Below the pieces are notes generated by a model, which ran no database searches, was not told the DNA's origin, and saw only the letters and a program-made list of their open reading frames with translations. Position numbers and translations under genes: made by a program. DNA of 64,000 nt, taken from NCBI GenBank assembly GCA_021791495.1, contig JAJYWN010000011.1, positions 1,015 to 65,014 of the forward strand. Direction: 5' to 3'. Source of the stretch: Bacillota bacterium. Lineage in GTDB: Bacteria > Bacillota > Sulfobacillia > JAJYWN01. Below, piece after piece: positions 34,521-43,169 of this stretch; position 1 is the stretch's first letter, and every line of letters begins with the position of its first letter.

Positions 34521-35015
34521 GCGGTGGGGACAATACGTGTCGAGGTCCACAGCAGCCGAGCGCAGACTGGCGCCGGTTCCGCGAGGGATCGGCGTTAGTC
34601 GAGCAACGGTTGCTGCAGGCCGGACCGGTAAACCCTCTCCAAGGATCCGTTCGCCTTGTTTAAGGTATCCCTGGCGCACGGTCTCCTGGTCAGGGCCCGT
34701 GAACCGGTCTGCAGTAGCCAGAGCGCAGATCGTTATGGGTTCCCACCGGGTTTGCACTAGTCTGGAGTCGACTAGTGCAGGCTCCACAAGGATCCATGAC
34801 GGTCGAGCTAAGATAGCTACAGGTTCTGTAGTGGTTTGTACTGGCCGAGAGGTCAGTACAAGCTGCGAGAGACCGGTTGGATCTGTAGCTGTCGAGCAAA
34901 GGTTAGTGTAGGCGTCGCAGAGGTTATCGGCAGCCTAACGGTTGTCGTTAGCTTTCAGGATGTCTATATTAGCCGGAGCGAAGGTTGCTGTGGGCTTCAA
35001 TATTTCCTCCACCGT
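34521..35015 (+). ncRNA. Unrecognised large structured RNA: six-way junction with six GAGC-NNN linkers
   Basis: Manually verified helices 34542-57/34983-98, 34565-80/34585-600, 34608-23/34704-19, 34728-42/34790-804, 34812-26/34879-93 and 34901-16/34959-74; many G-U pairs, all on the + strand; GNRA loops GCGA and GAGA. Confidence 0.8.
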
Positions 35016-35143
35016 CTCCCTGGGGGCTGAGGTTCGGGACGTTTGTCTATTGACAACACCGGTTTGCTTGGACAAGGTATAGGTGACGGCCCTAACGGGG
35101 CTGCCGAGAAAAAAGGCCTTCGGCCACACAGGGAGGATCTGAA

Positions 35144-35365
35144 GTGGCGGATTCCAAGACGATGGACCTGAAAGTTACCGGCATGAGTTGCATGCACTGC
35201 CGCATGGCCGTGGAACGTGCTCTGAAAGGCGTTTCCGGCGTATCCACCGCCAGCGTGGACCTGGCGTCGGGAAGGGCCAAGGTGACCTACGACCCAGGGC
35301 AGGCAGGCTTGAAGGATTTTGAGAAGGCGGTTGAGGAAGCGGGCTATAGTGTCGCCCAAGCCTAG
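35144..35365 (+). CDS. copZ: Copper chaperone / HMA domain protein
   Basis: GMSCMHC metal-binding motif; RBS GGGAGG. Confidence 0.9.
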   Translation: MADSKTMDLKVTGMSCMHCRMAVERALKGVSGVSTASVDLASGRAKVTYDPGQAGLKDFEKAVEEAGYSVAQA

Positions 35366-35438
35366 GCAGTACCGGTTTGCCCCCCCGGCCCCGTCCAGTT
35401 TCCAGTTTACGTAACTGAAGGGCGGCCCCCGGCATACG

Positions 35439-36818
35439 ATGAGCCAGGGGGCTGCTCTTTTGTTATTCGAAGATTCCACGGTCACCCTTTCCAGCGAAGA
35501 CGCCCGACACCTGGGATTGAAGCCCGGCGACGGACTCCTGGCATGCGGAAGAAAAACCGCGCCGGTACGGTTCCGCCTCGGGGCCTCGGCGCATACCCTC
35601 GAAATCCCCTTCTCCCTTCTGTCTCTCTTCGGTCTATCTGCTGTGGAGACCGGGACCATAGGGCTATACCGGGGTCCGGACCGAATTCCGCGTCTGGGTC
35701 CGGTAGTCACGATGCTCCATAGCCTGCCAGCGCCGGAGTTACCGTTTTTCGAAGGGCTGTTCGCCCAGAACCTCGCCAGAGAATGCCGGGAAAAGGGCCT
35801 GCTCTTTTCCCTAATGCTCCCGGATCAGTTCGACTTCGTCTCCCGCCAGGGGTACGGCGCGCTGGCGGTGCCCCAGGGGGTTGGAAGGACGAAGGCCGCC
35901 TGGCAGGACCAGCCGGTCCCTCTGCCCGACCTGATCTTTAACCAGGTAGCGCTCCTGCTGCCTGGTCAGGAGGAACCCTACGGCCGTGTCTGGCGGTCCT
36001 ACTCAACTCGTCCTGGTGGATTCCCGGTCCTGCTGACCCGTGGCGGCTTGAACAAGACCAAGGCCTTTCAACTCCTGGCCGCCGACGATTTGGCGTCGTC
36101 GTATTTGCCGTGTACGCGGACGGTGCACTCCGTTGCGGCGATTCAGGACCTCCTCCTTGAGTTCGGACAGGTCTTCCTGAAACCGGAGGGCGGGTCGCAC
36201 GGCCTCAACATCATCCGGCTGACGGACCAAGGCTCTGCCGTTCTGGCGGAGTTCCGCCTCGGAAACGAAAACGTGCGCCGTTCTCTCGCGTCCCCCGACG
36301 AATTGGAGTCCTTCCTGAGGCCGGCTTTTTCGGCCTCGACGTACGTCTGCCAACAAGCCATCCGGCGGCCGGAGGTCGACGGCGGTGTCGTCGACTTCCG
36401 CGTGGGCCTCGCCCGAAATGACAGGGGTGAATGGGAGGTCTGCTATTACAGACTCAAACACGCTCCTCCTGGTGCGATCTGCACGAACTGGGGGTATGGG
36501 ACCGCCTGGTATGACTTGGAGGATATGATGGACCGGGTCTTTCCCGGAAGAGAGTCCGTCGTGCGAGAAGCCCTGGACAGGTGCGGTTTGGCTGTCGCCA
36601 GAGCAGTGTCCGGCGCCGAAGGAGGGGACTGCTGTCAGCTGGCGGTGGACGTGGTGCTAGACCCGGACCGGCACCCGTGGGTCCTGGAAGTCAACGAGCG
36701 CCCCGAACACGGAGAAAGGGAAGGGCAACGGGTGGCTCATCGCCTGGCCGGCTACTTCGTTCTTATCGCCGGGGCCGCCGGCCGCCTTCTGGTCAGAGTC
36801 TTGCCGGTGGCCGGCTAG
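35439..36818 (+). CDS. YheC/YheD-family ATP-grasp spore-coat-associated protein
   Basis: PLPDLIFN, FLKPEGGSHG..I, QQ.I, DFRV and WVLEVN motifs; sigma-E-like CATACGAT at 35433-35440 suggests the true start may be TTG 35460. Confidence 0.82.
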   Translation: MSQGAALLLFEDSTVTLSSEDARHLGLKPGDGLLACGRKTAPVRFRLGASAHTLEIPFSLLSLFGLSAVETGTIGLYRGPDRIPRLGPVVTMLHSLPAPELPFFEGLFAQNLARECREKGLLFSLMLPDQFDFVSRQGYGALAVPQGVGRTKAAWQDQPVPLPDLIFNQVALLLPGQEEPYGRVWRSYSTRPGGFPVLLTRGGLNKTKAFQLLAADDLASSYLPCTRTVHSVAAIQDLLLEFGQVFLKPEGGSHGLNIIRLTDQGSAVLAEFRLGNENVRRSLASPDELESFLRPAFSASTYVCQQAIRRPEVDGGVVDFRVGLARNDRGEWEVCYYRLKHAPPGAICTNWGYGTAWYDLEDMMDRVFPGRESVVREALDRCGLAVARAVSGAEGGDCCQLAVDVVLDPDRHPWVLEVNERPEHGEREGQRVAHRLAGYFVLIAGAAGRLLVRVLPVAG

Positions 36819-36895
36819 CCGTAAAGTGACATCCGTGTGACACAATAGTGACCTGAAGCATTTGCCCTTGTTAGCTGGGCACATATACTTGAAGC

Positions 36896-37123
36896 ATGAG
36901 GGACACACTTGACGTCCGCGAGAAGAGAATGCTTCAGATCCTGACCTACATCCAGCGCAATCCGGACTCAACGGGGGCGAAAGAGGTCTGCCGGGTCATC
37001 CTCGGAAGGGACCATGTGGATGAGGAGGCCATCAGGTCTTTGAGGATCCGGCTGCCCCACGCCGATGAAACCGCCGTCCGGACTTGCTACGATGTGGTCT
37101 GCTGGACAGAAGACGACGGCTGA
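36896..37123 (+). CDS. Small hypothetical protein
   Basis: Globular-looking 75-aa ORF; CATATACT (sigma-E/K-like -10) just upstream; 3' end overlaps the convergent LigD-pol gene. Confidence 0.5.
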   Translation: MRDTLDVREKRMLQILTYIQRNPDSTGAKEVCRVILGRDHVDEEAIRSLRIRLPHADETAVRTCYDVVCWTEDDG

Positions 37124-38073
37124 GCCGCGCCTCTAGCCTGATGGGCGGTGGACGGCGGCGCGGCCCGTCCGAAGACAGAAAGAGCTCCATCAAGCTTTTG
37201 CCGGTAGTCCAACACCGGCGCGAAAAGGTCCCCGACCCGTCTGGTGCGGTCGGGGACGTTGCTTATGGTGAATGAGGTGGGGTGGACAAAAGGTAGTTCC
37301 TCCCACGTCACGGGAGTCGACACCGTCCCCAAGGGTTGGGGCCTGGGGCTGTAGACCGAGGCGATGGTCTTCCCCATCACGTTCTGCAGGTGATCGATGT
37401 ATACGCCAAGGCGCCGCGCCACCCGGCGCTCGCGGGTGGTCCGCCCGGGGAAGGTTTGGTGGATGAGGTCCGCCACATCCCCCACCCAGCCGGCAACCGT
37501 CGGATAGGGATACCGGTTTTCAATGGGCACGTAAAGGTGGAGCCCGGTGGCGCCCGACGTCTTCGGAAAGGCTTCCAGCCCCATCTCTCTCAGGACGTTC
37601 TTCACCCAGAAGGCGACTTCCACCACGTCGCGGAAGGTGGCCGGCGGTGACGGGTCCAGATCGAAGATGGCGAAGTCGGGGTACTCCGGCGTCTCGACCG
37701 ACGACAGCCAGGGGTGCAGCTCGATAGCGCCCTCCTGAGCCAGCCAGGCCAGGGTGGCCGGTTCGCGGCACACCACGAACTGGATCACCCGGTCCGCATG
37801 GGGCGCGTAGTAAGGGTACGTGGTGATCCACTCCGGAGCGTGGGCGGGCAGGTTCTTTTGGTAGAAAGTAGGGCCCTCGATGCCTTCCGGATACCTTGTG
37901 ACCACCAGGGGCCGTCTGGCCAGATGCGGCAGGAGAACCGGGGACACGGCCAGCAAGTAGGAAATGAGGTCGGCCTTGGTATATCCGGCCGCCGGCCAGA
38001 AGGTCTTGTCCAAATTGCTGAAGTTGACGCGGCGGCCTTCGACCTCTAGAAGCTGCCTTGTGCTGCGGCTCAA
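37087..38073 (-). CDS. ligD: NHEJ LigD polymerase/primase domain protein
   Basis: SNLDK, TKADL..Y, RYPEG, FYQK, FDLDP, KTSGATGLH, IDHLQN, YSPR, VSTP. Confidence 0.92.
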   Translation of the reverse strand: MSRSTRQLLEVEGRRVNFSNLDKTFWPAAGYTKADLISYLLAVSPVLLPHLARRPLVVTRYPEGIEGPTFYQKNLPAHAPEWITTYPYYAPHADRVIQFVVCREPATLAWLAQEGAIELHPWLSSVETPEYPDFAIFDLDPSPPATFRDVVEVAFWVKNVLREMGLEAFPKTSGATGLHLYVPIENRYPYPTVAGWVGDVADLIHQTFPGRTTRERRVARRLGVYIDHLQNVMGKTIASVYSPRPQPLGTVSTPVTWEELPFVHPTSFTISNVPDRTRRVGDLFAPVLDYRQKLDGALSVFGRAAPPSTAHQARGAAQPSSSVQQTTS

Positions 38074-39071
38074 CTCAAAACGCACTCCTCCGGGCCTTTG
38101 TCTGGGCGTAACCCCCTGTAGGTAGGATGCCTCAATCGCCGGTCGGCGGTGAGTTCGGTAAACTCGATTTCGCACACCAGCTCCGGCCGTACCCAGACTG
38201 TCTGGCGGCGCAACGGGGCCGGCACGTCCCGCAAGGGTGGCGAGAGGCCTTCATCTAACGGCCGCAGCAGTCCCAGGAGCCGCTGGACCTCCTGGCCCGT
38301 GAACCCCGTGCCGGCGTTTCCGATGTAGACCAACTCCCCGCCACCTGGCCCGCCGGGCTGTGTCCCTTCAGCCGGCGCCTCGCCGCCGGGTCCGGGGAAC
38401 ACCCCCAACACCAGCGACCCCAGGTGGGCGAAACCCGCGCCGCGGGTGTAACCGGCGATGACGCAGTCTATGGTCTTGGTATTCTTGATCTTCAGCCAGT
38501 CCTCGCTGCGGACGCCGGGCCGGTAGACGCTGACGGCCCTTTTCGCCATGATTCCTTCGAGGTCCAGTCGCTTGGCGGCCTGAAACAGGCTCACTCCCTG
38601 GCCCGGGAAGACCTCCGACCGGACGATCGGCGCGGGCCCGCTAGTGGGGGCCACCCCTCCGAACAGGCCGGCCAGGCCGTCCCGCCGCTGCGTCAAAGGA
38701 GTGCCCAAGAGGCTTGTTCCGTCGAAGTAGAGGAGGTCGAAGGCGACGTAGGTGAAGGGTCCCTGACCGCGCTGCAGCCGCCCGAAGTCGGGTCTGCCGT
38801 CCACCAGCGCCACCACTTCCCCGTCCAGGACCAGGCGACGGCCGGGCCAGAGTTCGTGAAGCCGGCAAAGCTCAGGGTAATGTGGCGAAAGGTCCAGCAG
38901 GTTGCGGCTCTGGAGGCGGGTGCGCCCGTCGCCCAGGAAAGCGATGGCACGGTACCCGTCCCACTTCACTTCGAAGAGGAAGTCCGGCGAGTCGAAGGGG
39001 TGGTGCGCCGTGGCCCCCAACATGGGGGGTATGGGACCTTCGAACAGGTCGGCCGGTAGCCGCGCCGTCAC
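38070..39071 (-). CDS. NHEJ ATP-dependent DNA ligase (LigD ligase domain)
   Basis: EVKWDGYR, LDGE, FDLL, EGIMAK, W.KIK, LRHP. Confidence 0.92.
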   Translation of the reverse strand: MTARLPADLFEGPIPPMLGATAHHPFDSPDFLFEVKWDGYRAIAFLGDGRTRLQSRNLLDLSPHYPELCRLHELWPGRRLVLDGEVVALVDGRPDFGRLQRGQGPFTYVAFDLLYFDGTSLLGTPLTQRRDGLAGLFGGVAPTSGPAPIVRSEVFPGQGVSLFQAAKRLDLEGIMAKRAVSVYRPGVRSEDWLKIKNTKTIDCVIAGYTRGAGFAHLGSLVLGVFPGPGGEAPAEGTQPGGPGGGELVYIGNAGTGFTGQEVQRLLGLLRPLDEGLSPPLRDVPAPLRRQTVWVRPELVCEIEFTELTADRRLRHPTYRGLRPDKGPEECVLS

Positions 39072-39078
39072 TAAGATC

Positions 39079-39966
39079 TTACACCAAGGGACCGCGGATC
39101 GGTGTTTCCGGAGCCGCCGCTCCCCCGCCGGCGCCGGCGGCAGCCGCGGCAGCAGCGGCAGCAGCGGGGCCGGCCGCCCGGCGTCCTCCCGGTAGATCGG
39201 CGGTCATCTGGACACTGGCGCGGAGTGCTTCCATGAGGTCAATGATCTTGTGTGGTTCGGCCTCCGGCTGAAAGTGCACCTCGTGCCCCTCCACTTTCTG
39301 GTGGATGAGGTCGAGGAGCGCCCGGCGGTACTCGTTCGTGTATTTCCCGGGCTCGAAGGTGGTCGAAAGGTTGTCAATCAGGGTTCTGGCCATCCTTACT
39401 TCGTTCTCGTGAAGCTCCGGTCCTTGGTCCAAACCTTCCAGTCCCCGCCATGAACGCACCTCATCGGGCCAGTACATGGTCTCCAGGACCAGCGCCTGAC
39501 CCTCGTACACCCGGATAGTGGCCAGGGCCTCCTTGGTGCGGATGACGACCTTGGCCACGGCCACCCGGCCCGTGGACTCCATTGCCTTCCGGAGGAGCGT
39601 ATAGGCCTTGATACCGCCGTCGGCCGGTTCGAGGAAGTAGGTTTTGTCGTAGTAAACGGGATCGATGTCCTCCAGGTTCACGAAGTCGATGATGTCCACC
39701 ACTTTCCCGGCGGCATCGGGGAGGCGTTCCAAATCGGCTTCGTCGATAATCACATGCTGGCCCTTCTCGAACTCGTAACCGTAGACTATCTCCTCCTGCG
39801 AAACCTCGCGGTTACAGGTAGGGCACCACTTCAGGTACCGGACCGGCGTTCTGCATTCGCTATGCAGGTACCGGAACTTGACGTCTTTCTTCTCCGTGGC
39901 GGTGTAAAGCCGGACGGGTATGTAGACCAGCCCGAAGGTGATGGCGCCTTTCCAGAGTGTACGCAC
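39079..39966 (-). CDS. ku: NHEJ DNA end-binding protein Ku
   Basis: WKGAITFGLV.IPV.LY, Y.LL..AM, IDLMEALRAS. Confidence 0.95.
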   Translation of the reverse strand: MRTLWKGAITFGLVYIPVRLYTATEKKDVKFRYLHSECRTPVRYLKWCPTCNREVSQEEIVYGYEFEKGQHVIIDEADLERLPDAAGKVVDIIDFVNLEDIDPVYYDKTYFLEPADGGIKAYTLLRKAMESTGRVAVAKVVIRTKEALATIRVYEGQALVLETMYWPDEVRSWRGLEGLDQGPELHENEVRMARTLIDNLSTTFEPGKYTNEYRRALLDLIHQKVEGHEVHFQPEAEPHKIIDLMEALRASVQMTADLPGGRRAAGPAAAAAAAAAAGAGGGAAAPETPIRGPLV

Positions 39967-40009
39967 GGTGCTGCTCCGCCCCCCTTCTCCAAATCACCGC
40001 CGGGCGTCT

Positions 40010-41329
40010 CTAGCCCCGCCGGTACACGGTCAAAGTGGAAAGCATGCTGGAGAACAGCCCTCTTAACCTATCCACGAACAGTTCCAAAACGGTGGCGGCC
40101 CGGACGTCCTCCGCCGCCACCACCTCAAGGGACCCGAGGACCTCCCCATTCAGACTGGCGCTGACAGAGCCCAGAACGGCACCGGCGGACACGGGCGCCG
40201 TAACGTAGGCCGGCACCTTTTCTTCCCGTTGCAGGGCGGCCTGTTCCGCGGCATTCAGGGGCAGCACCAGGTCGCGCGCCGCCACCAACTTCACCCGGTC
40301 TTCCCCGCCGCGCTCTACGCGGACCGTCCCCACCACGTCCCCCTTATGGACCAGGGTGGTGACCTGATAACCCTGGTAGGCGGTATCCAGAAGGACCTGT
40401 GCGTCGGTGTACATCCGACTGCTGTTCAAGACGGCGGCGATGACCGACCAACCCCCCCGGGACGCAGACGCCACCAGACACTTGCCCGCCTGACCGGTGT
40501 AGCCGGTCTTCACCCCGGTTGCTCCCTCATAGCTCCAGAGAAACTTGTTGTGACTGTGCAGCGCCCTGTCTTCGGCGTGACCATTCCAGGGAACCACTTT
40601 CCGGCGCGTGGCGACGATGGCGGCGAACTCAGGGTTCGCCATGGCCGCCCGGGCGATGACCGCCAGGTCACGGGCGGTGGAGTAATGGCCATTCTCGTCC
40701 AATCCGTGGGGGTTCTTGAACTGGCTCGACGTTGCCCCGAGTTCCCGCGCCTTCTCGTTCATGAACGCGGCGAAACTTTCGACGGAGCCGCCGACTCCCT
40801 CCGCCAAGGCCACCGCCGCGTCGTTACCGGAGTTCAGCAAAAGGCCGTAAAGCAAGTCCCGCACGGTCAGCTCTTCGCCCGCCGCCAGCCACATGGACGA
40901 GCCGCGGGTGGAAGCGGCCTTCGGGCTGACCTTGATCTTTGCCTCCAAATCCGCCTTCTCCAGCACGACCAAGGCGGTCATGATCTTTGTAGTGCTGGCT
41001 GGGGCGCGGCGCTGATCGGCGTTGCGCTCTGACAAGACGCGGCCGGTCACGGTGTCAAGGACGCAATAGGCGGTGGCCGCCGCCGCCACCGGCGAAGCCT
41101 TGGCGGACGATGCCGTTTCCAAGACGGCGCCGCCTTGCTCGGTGCCTGGCGTCGATATGGGACTCGCGGCTTCGCCCGACGCCGGCCAGAAGGTTACGGC
41201 CAGAGCGCACCAGACGACCACGAAGGCGCGAAACACGGAGAGACGGGCCGCGTCTGCGCAGCCCGTCGTGGTTTTCCTAAGCGTCTTGCCGCCCTGACGG
41301 CTGAACCCTGGTCGGGTGCGGCTGCTCAA
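40010..41329 (-). CDS. dacB: D-alanyl-D-alanine carboxypeptidase (DacB-like, S11)
   Basis: ASTTK (SxxK), SGN, KTG, NPHGL; start uncertain. Confidence 0.88.
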   Translation of the reverse strand: MSSRTRPGFSRQGGKTLRKTTTGCADAARLSVFRAFVVVWCALAVTFWPASGEAASPISTPGTEQGGAVLETASSAKASPVAAAATAYCVLDTVTGRVLSERNADQRRAPASTTKIMTALVVLEKADLEAKIKVSPKAASTRGSSMWLAAGEELTVRDLLYGLLLNSGNDAAVALAEGVGGSVESFAAFMNEKARELGATSSQFKNPHGLDENGHYSTARDLAVIARAAMANPEFAAIVATRRKVVPWNGHAEDRALHSHNKFLWSYEGATGVKTGYTGQAGKCLVASASRGGWSVIAAVLNSSRMYTDAQVLLDTAYQGYQVTTLVHKGDVVGTVRVERGGEDRVKLVAARDLVLPLNAAEQAALQREEKVPAYVTAPVSAGAVLGSVSASLNGEVLGSLEVVAAEDVRAATVLELFVDRLRGLFSSMLSTLTVYRRG

Positions 41330-41838
41330 ACCTTCGGCCCTTCCGCCCTGACCTGGGTGCTCTTTTCCTGCTTTCCGCCGGCTCCGAACCGGTCGAGCAG
41401 GTGCGGAGCCATGTCGAGGAGCCGGTCGAGGACCGCGGTCCGGTCTACCGGGAGCAGCCTGACGTTGTCCTTAGCGACCACCAGAAACCCCACGGGGTGG
41501 ATGGTGACGCCGCCGCCGCTGCCGCCGCCGAACCCCAAGTCGTTCTCACCCGCTCCGCCGGCCTTGCCCCCGGCGCCGCTCCCGCCATTCGTCCCGTTCC
41601 CACCGCTATTGCCGCCGCCGGCACCGTTGCCGCGCCCGCCGCCGTTGCCTTGGCCTTCGGCCGTCGCATCGTACTGGGCGCCCCCCGCGGCAAAGCCGAA
41701 AGCCACGCGGGAGACGGGGATGATGACCGTACCGTCCTGGGTTTCCACGGGGTCGCCGACGATGGTGTTGACGTCCACCATTTCCTTGATGTTTTCCATG
41801 GCCGTTTTCATCAGGCCTTGAATCGGGCTGTCTTCCAA
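41326..41838 (-). CDS. ytfJ: Sporulation protein YtfJ/GerW
   Basis: MVDVNTIVGDPV, IIPVSRV.FGF.AGG, FGGGSGGGV...PVGFLV; Gly/Asn-rich insert. Confidence 0.92.
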   Translation of the reverse strand: MEDSPIQGLMKTAMENIKEMVDVNTIVGDPVETQDGTVIIPVSRVAFGFAAGGAQYDATAEGQGNGGGRGNGAGGGNSGGNGTNGGSGAGGKAGGAGENDLGFGGGSGGGVTIHPVGFLVVAKDNVRLLPVDRTAVLDRLLDMAPHLLDRFGAGGKQEKSTQVRAEGPKV

Positions 41839-41860
41839 GGCTCCACGCTCCTCTCCAGTA

Positions 41861-42499
41861 CTAACTCCGGCGAGGCGCTTTTTGCATCTTCGTCGCAGCT
41901 ACACCGGCCTTAGCAATCGCAACCATAATATGACCGATTCGGATTTTGAATATGCAGTGGATGGTGACCTCGAAGGCGGCGACGGCAAAGACCGGATGGA
42001 CCTCGAAATGGGGCTGTCCGGGTGCCAGGCGGAGCCGGTGGCGGAGGTAGGCCATGGCCCCCCCCACGGCCATCCAGGCGGCGCCCCCCGCAATGCCGGT
42101 TACGGCGGCGTCGTCCACCCCGAATCGCACCCTGGTTTCCAGCAAGGGGAAATAGGCCCGGTGTGACAGGTAATCGACTATGCCGGCGTAGACTAAAGCG
42201 GCGTCCCGATACCGCACCAAGCGGGTCACCGGGCTCTCCGGGGCCGTCGGTGTGGCGGGGGTGTGACCGCGCTCCAGGAGGACGCGGACGAACCGTATGC
42301 CGTCGGAGAGCAGCGAACGCCGTTTCAGGGGGACTTGGTAGGTGACCTCCCAGATGCGCCGGGGGGCCCTGAACCAGACCTGTAGCGCATCTACTTCGCC
42401 CGCGTGACGGTAGCGGCCTTCCACCTCGACGAAGGCCCGCGTTAGAAGAAGCAGCGCCGCGGCCAGCACGGCCGCCCAGAAGAAGAAAATCCAGGACAT
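41861..42499 (-). CDS. DUF2953 / YtfI-like protein
   Basis: N-terminal TM, G..DAA.TG...G motif, CIF.IRIGHI; upstream of ytfJ. Confidence 0.8.
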   Translation of the reverse strand: MSWIFFFWAAVLAAALLLLTRAFVEVEGRYRHAGEVDALQVWFRAPRRIWEVTYQVPLKRRSLLSDGIRFVRVLLERGHTPATPTAPESPVTRLVRYRDAALVYAGIVDYLSHRAYFPLLETRVRFGVDDAAVTGIAGGAAWMAVGGAMAYLRHRLRLAPGQPHFEVHPVFAVAAFEVTIHCIFKIRIGHIMVAIAKAGVAATKMQKAPRRS

Positions 42500-42520
42500 C
42501 GGCCAGAAGTCCCCCTGGCG

Positions 42521-42550
42521 TAGGATGCCGGGGGGCGAGTGCGGCTATGC
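42521..42550 (-). promoter_or_regulatory. Forespore sigma-G/F-type promoter for ytfI-ytfJ
   Basis: GCATA-N18-CATCCTA matches GHATR-N18-CATNHTA. Confidence 0.6.
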
Positions 42551-42563
42551 GGGGCGCCGCCGC

Positions 42564-43169
42564 CTATTCGGGACGGGTGTCGGGTGTCCCCGTCCCCTCG
42601 GGTGGAGTCACGAAGAGTGGCCCCGGAGTCTGTTCCACGTCTTTCAGCGAAGGTAGTTCCGCCAGGTCGCGCAGCCCGAAATGCTCTAGGAATTGGGGGG
42701 TGGTCCCATACAGGATGGGCCGCCCCACGGCTTCCTTGCGTCCCACCTCCCGGATGAGGCGGCGTTCGACAAGGGTGGCCACGGTGCTCTCCGACCGCAC
42801 GCCACGGATCGCGTCGATCTCCACCCTGGTGACGGGCTGCCGGTAAGCCACTACCGCCAAGGTCTCCAGTGCCGCCTGGGTCAGCCCCAGGTTGCGCGGC
42901 CCCATGAGTCGGGCCACGGCGTCGGCGAATTCCGGTTTGGTATAGAGCCGGTATCCCCCGGCCACCTCCTGCAGGACCAGACCACGGGTGGAGGACTTCA
43001 ACACTTCCTGGAGACGGCCTAAGAGTAGCCGCACTTCGGTCTCCGGAAGACGGCTGGCCTCGGACAGGCGGTCCGGCGCCACGGGGTCGGGCGAGGCGAA
43101 AAGGAGCGCCTCGATCAGAGCTAGCTTTCCTCCCCAGGCAACATCGGTGATGTCAATGGGGCTGGTCAT
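42564..43169 (-). CDS. scpB: Segregation and condensation protein B
   Basis: IEALLF, LETLAVVAYRQPVTR.EI..IRGV, GRPILYGTT..FL..FGL. Confidence 0.95.
   Translation of the reverse strand: MTSPIDITDVAWGGKLALIEALLFASPDPVAPDRLSEASRLPETEVRLLLGRLQEVLKSSTRGLVLQEVAGGYRLYTKPEFADAVARLMGPRNLGLTQAALETLAVVAYRQPVTRVEIDAIRGVRSESTVATLVERRLIREVGRKEAVGRPILYGTTPQFLEHFGLRDLAELPSLKDVEQTPGPLFVTPPEGTGTPDTRPE

Noticed and set aside
34410-35000. Minus-strand frame with RBS GGAGGAAA-TTG (35000) and a single in-frame TAG at 34935, suggesting amber readthrough or a pseudogene; also the short ORFs listed over 34410-35129
   Set aside because: No recognisable protein motifs and no pyl genes in the window. The extensive + strand G-U-containing helices explain the region better.
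34521-35015. Possible identity as OLE RNA, RNase P, tmRNA, 6S or a group I/II intron
   Set aside because: No signature sequences that I can recognise (GAGGAAAGUCC, tRNA-like ends, intron domain V), and not in the ispA-oapA context of OLE. An Rfam search is still needed to be certain.
35003-35040. Minus-strand GTCCCGAACCTCAGC resembling the 3' part of a c-di-AMP (ydaO) riboswitch
   Set aside because: The 5' half (GCUGAAUCC...GGGG..AAU) is absent.
37087-39966. NHEJ genes as a novel system or mobile element
   Set aside because: Ku with LigD is well known in spore formers, and no integrase or flanking repeats were found.
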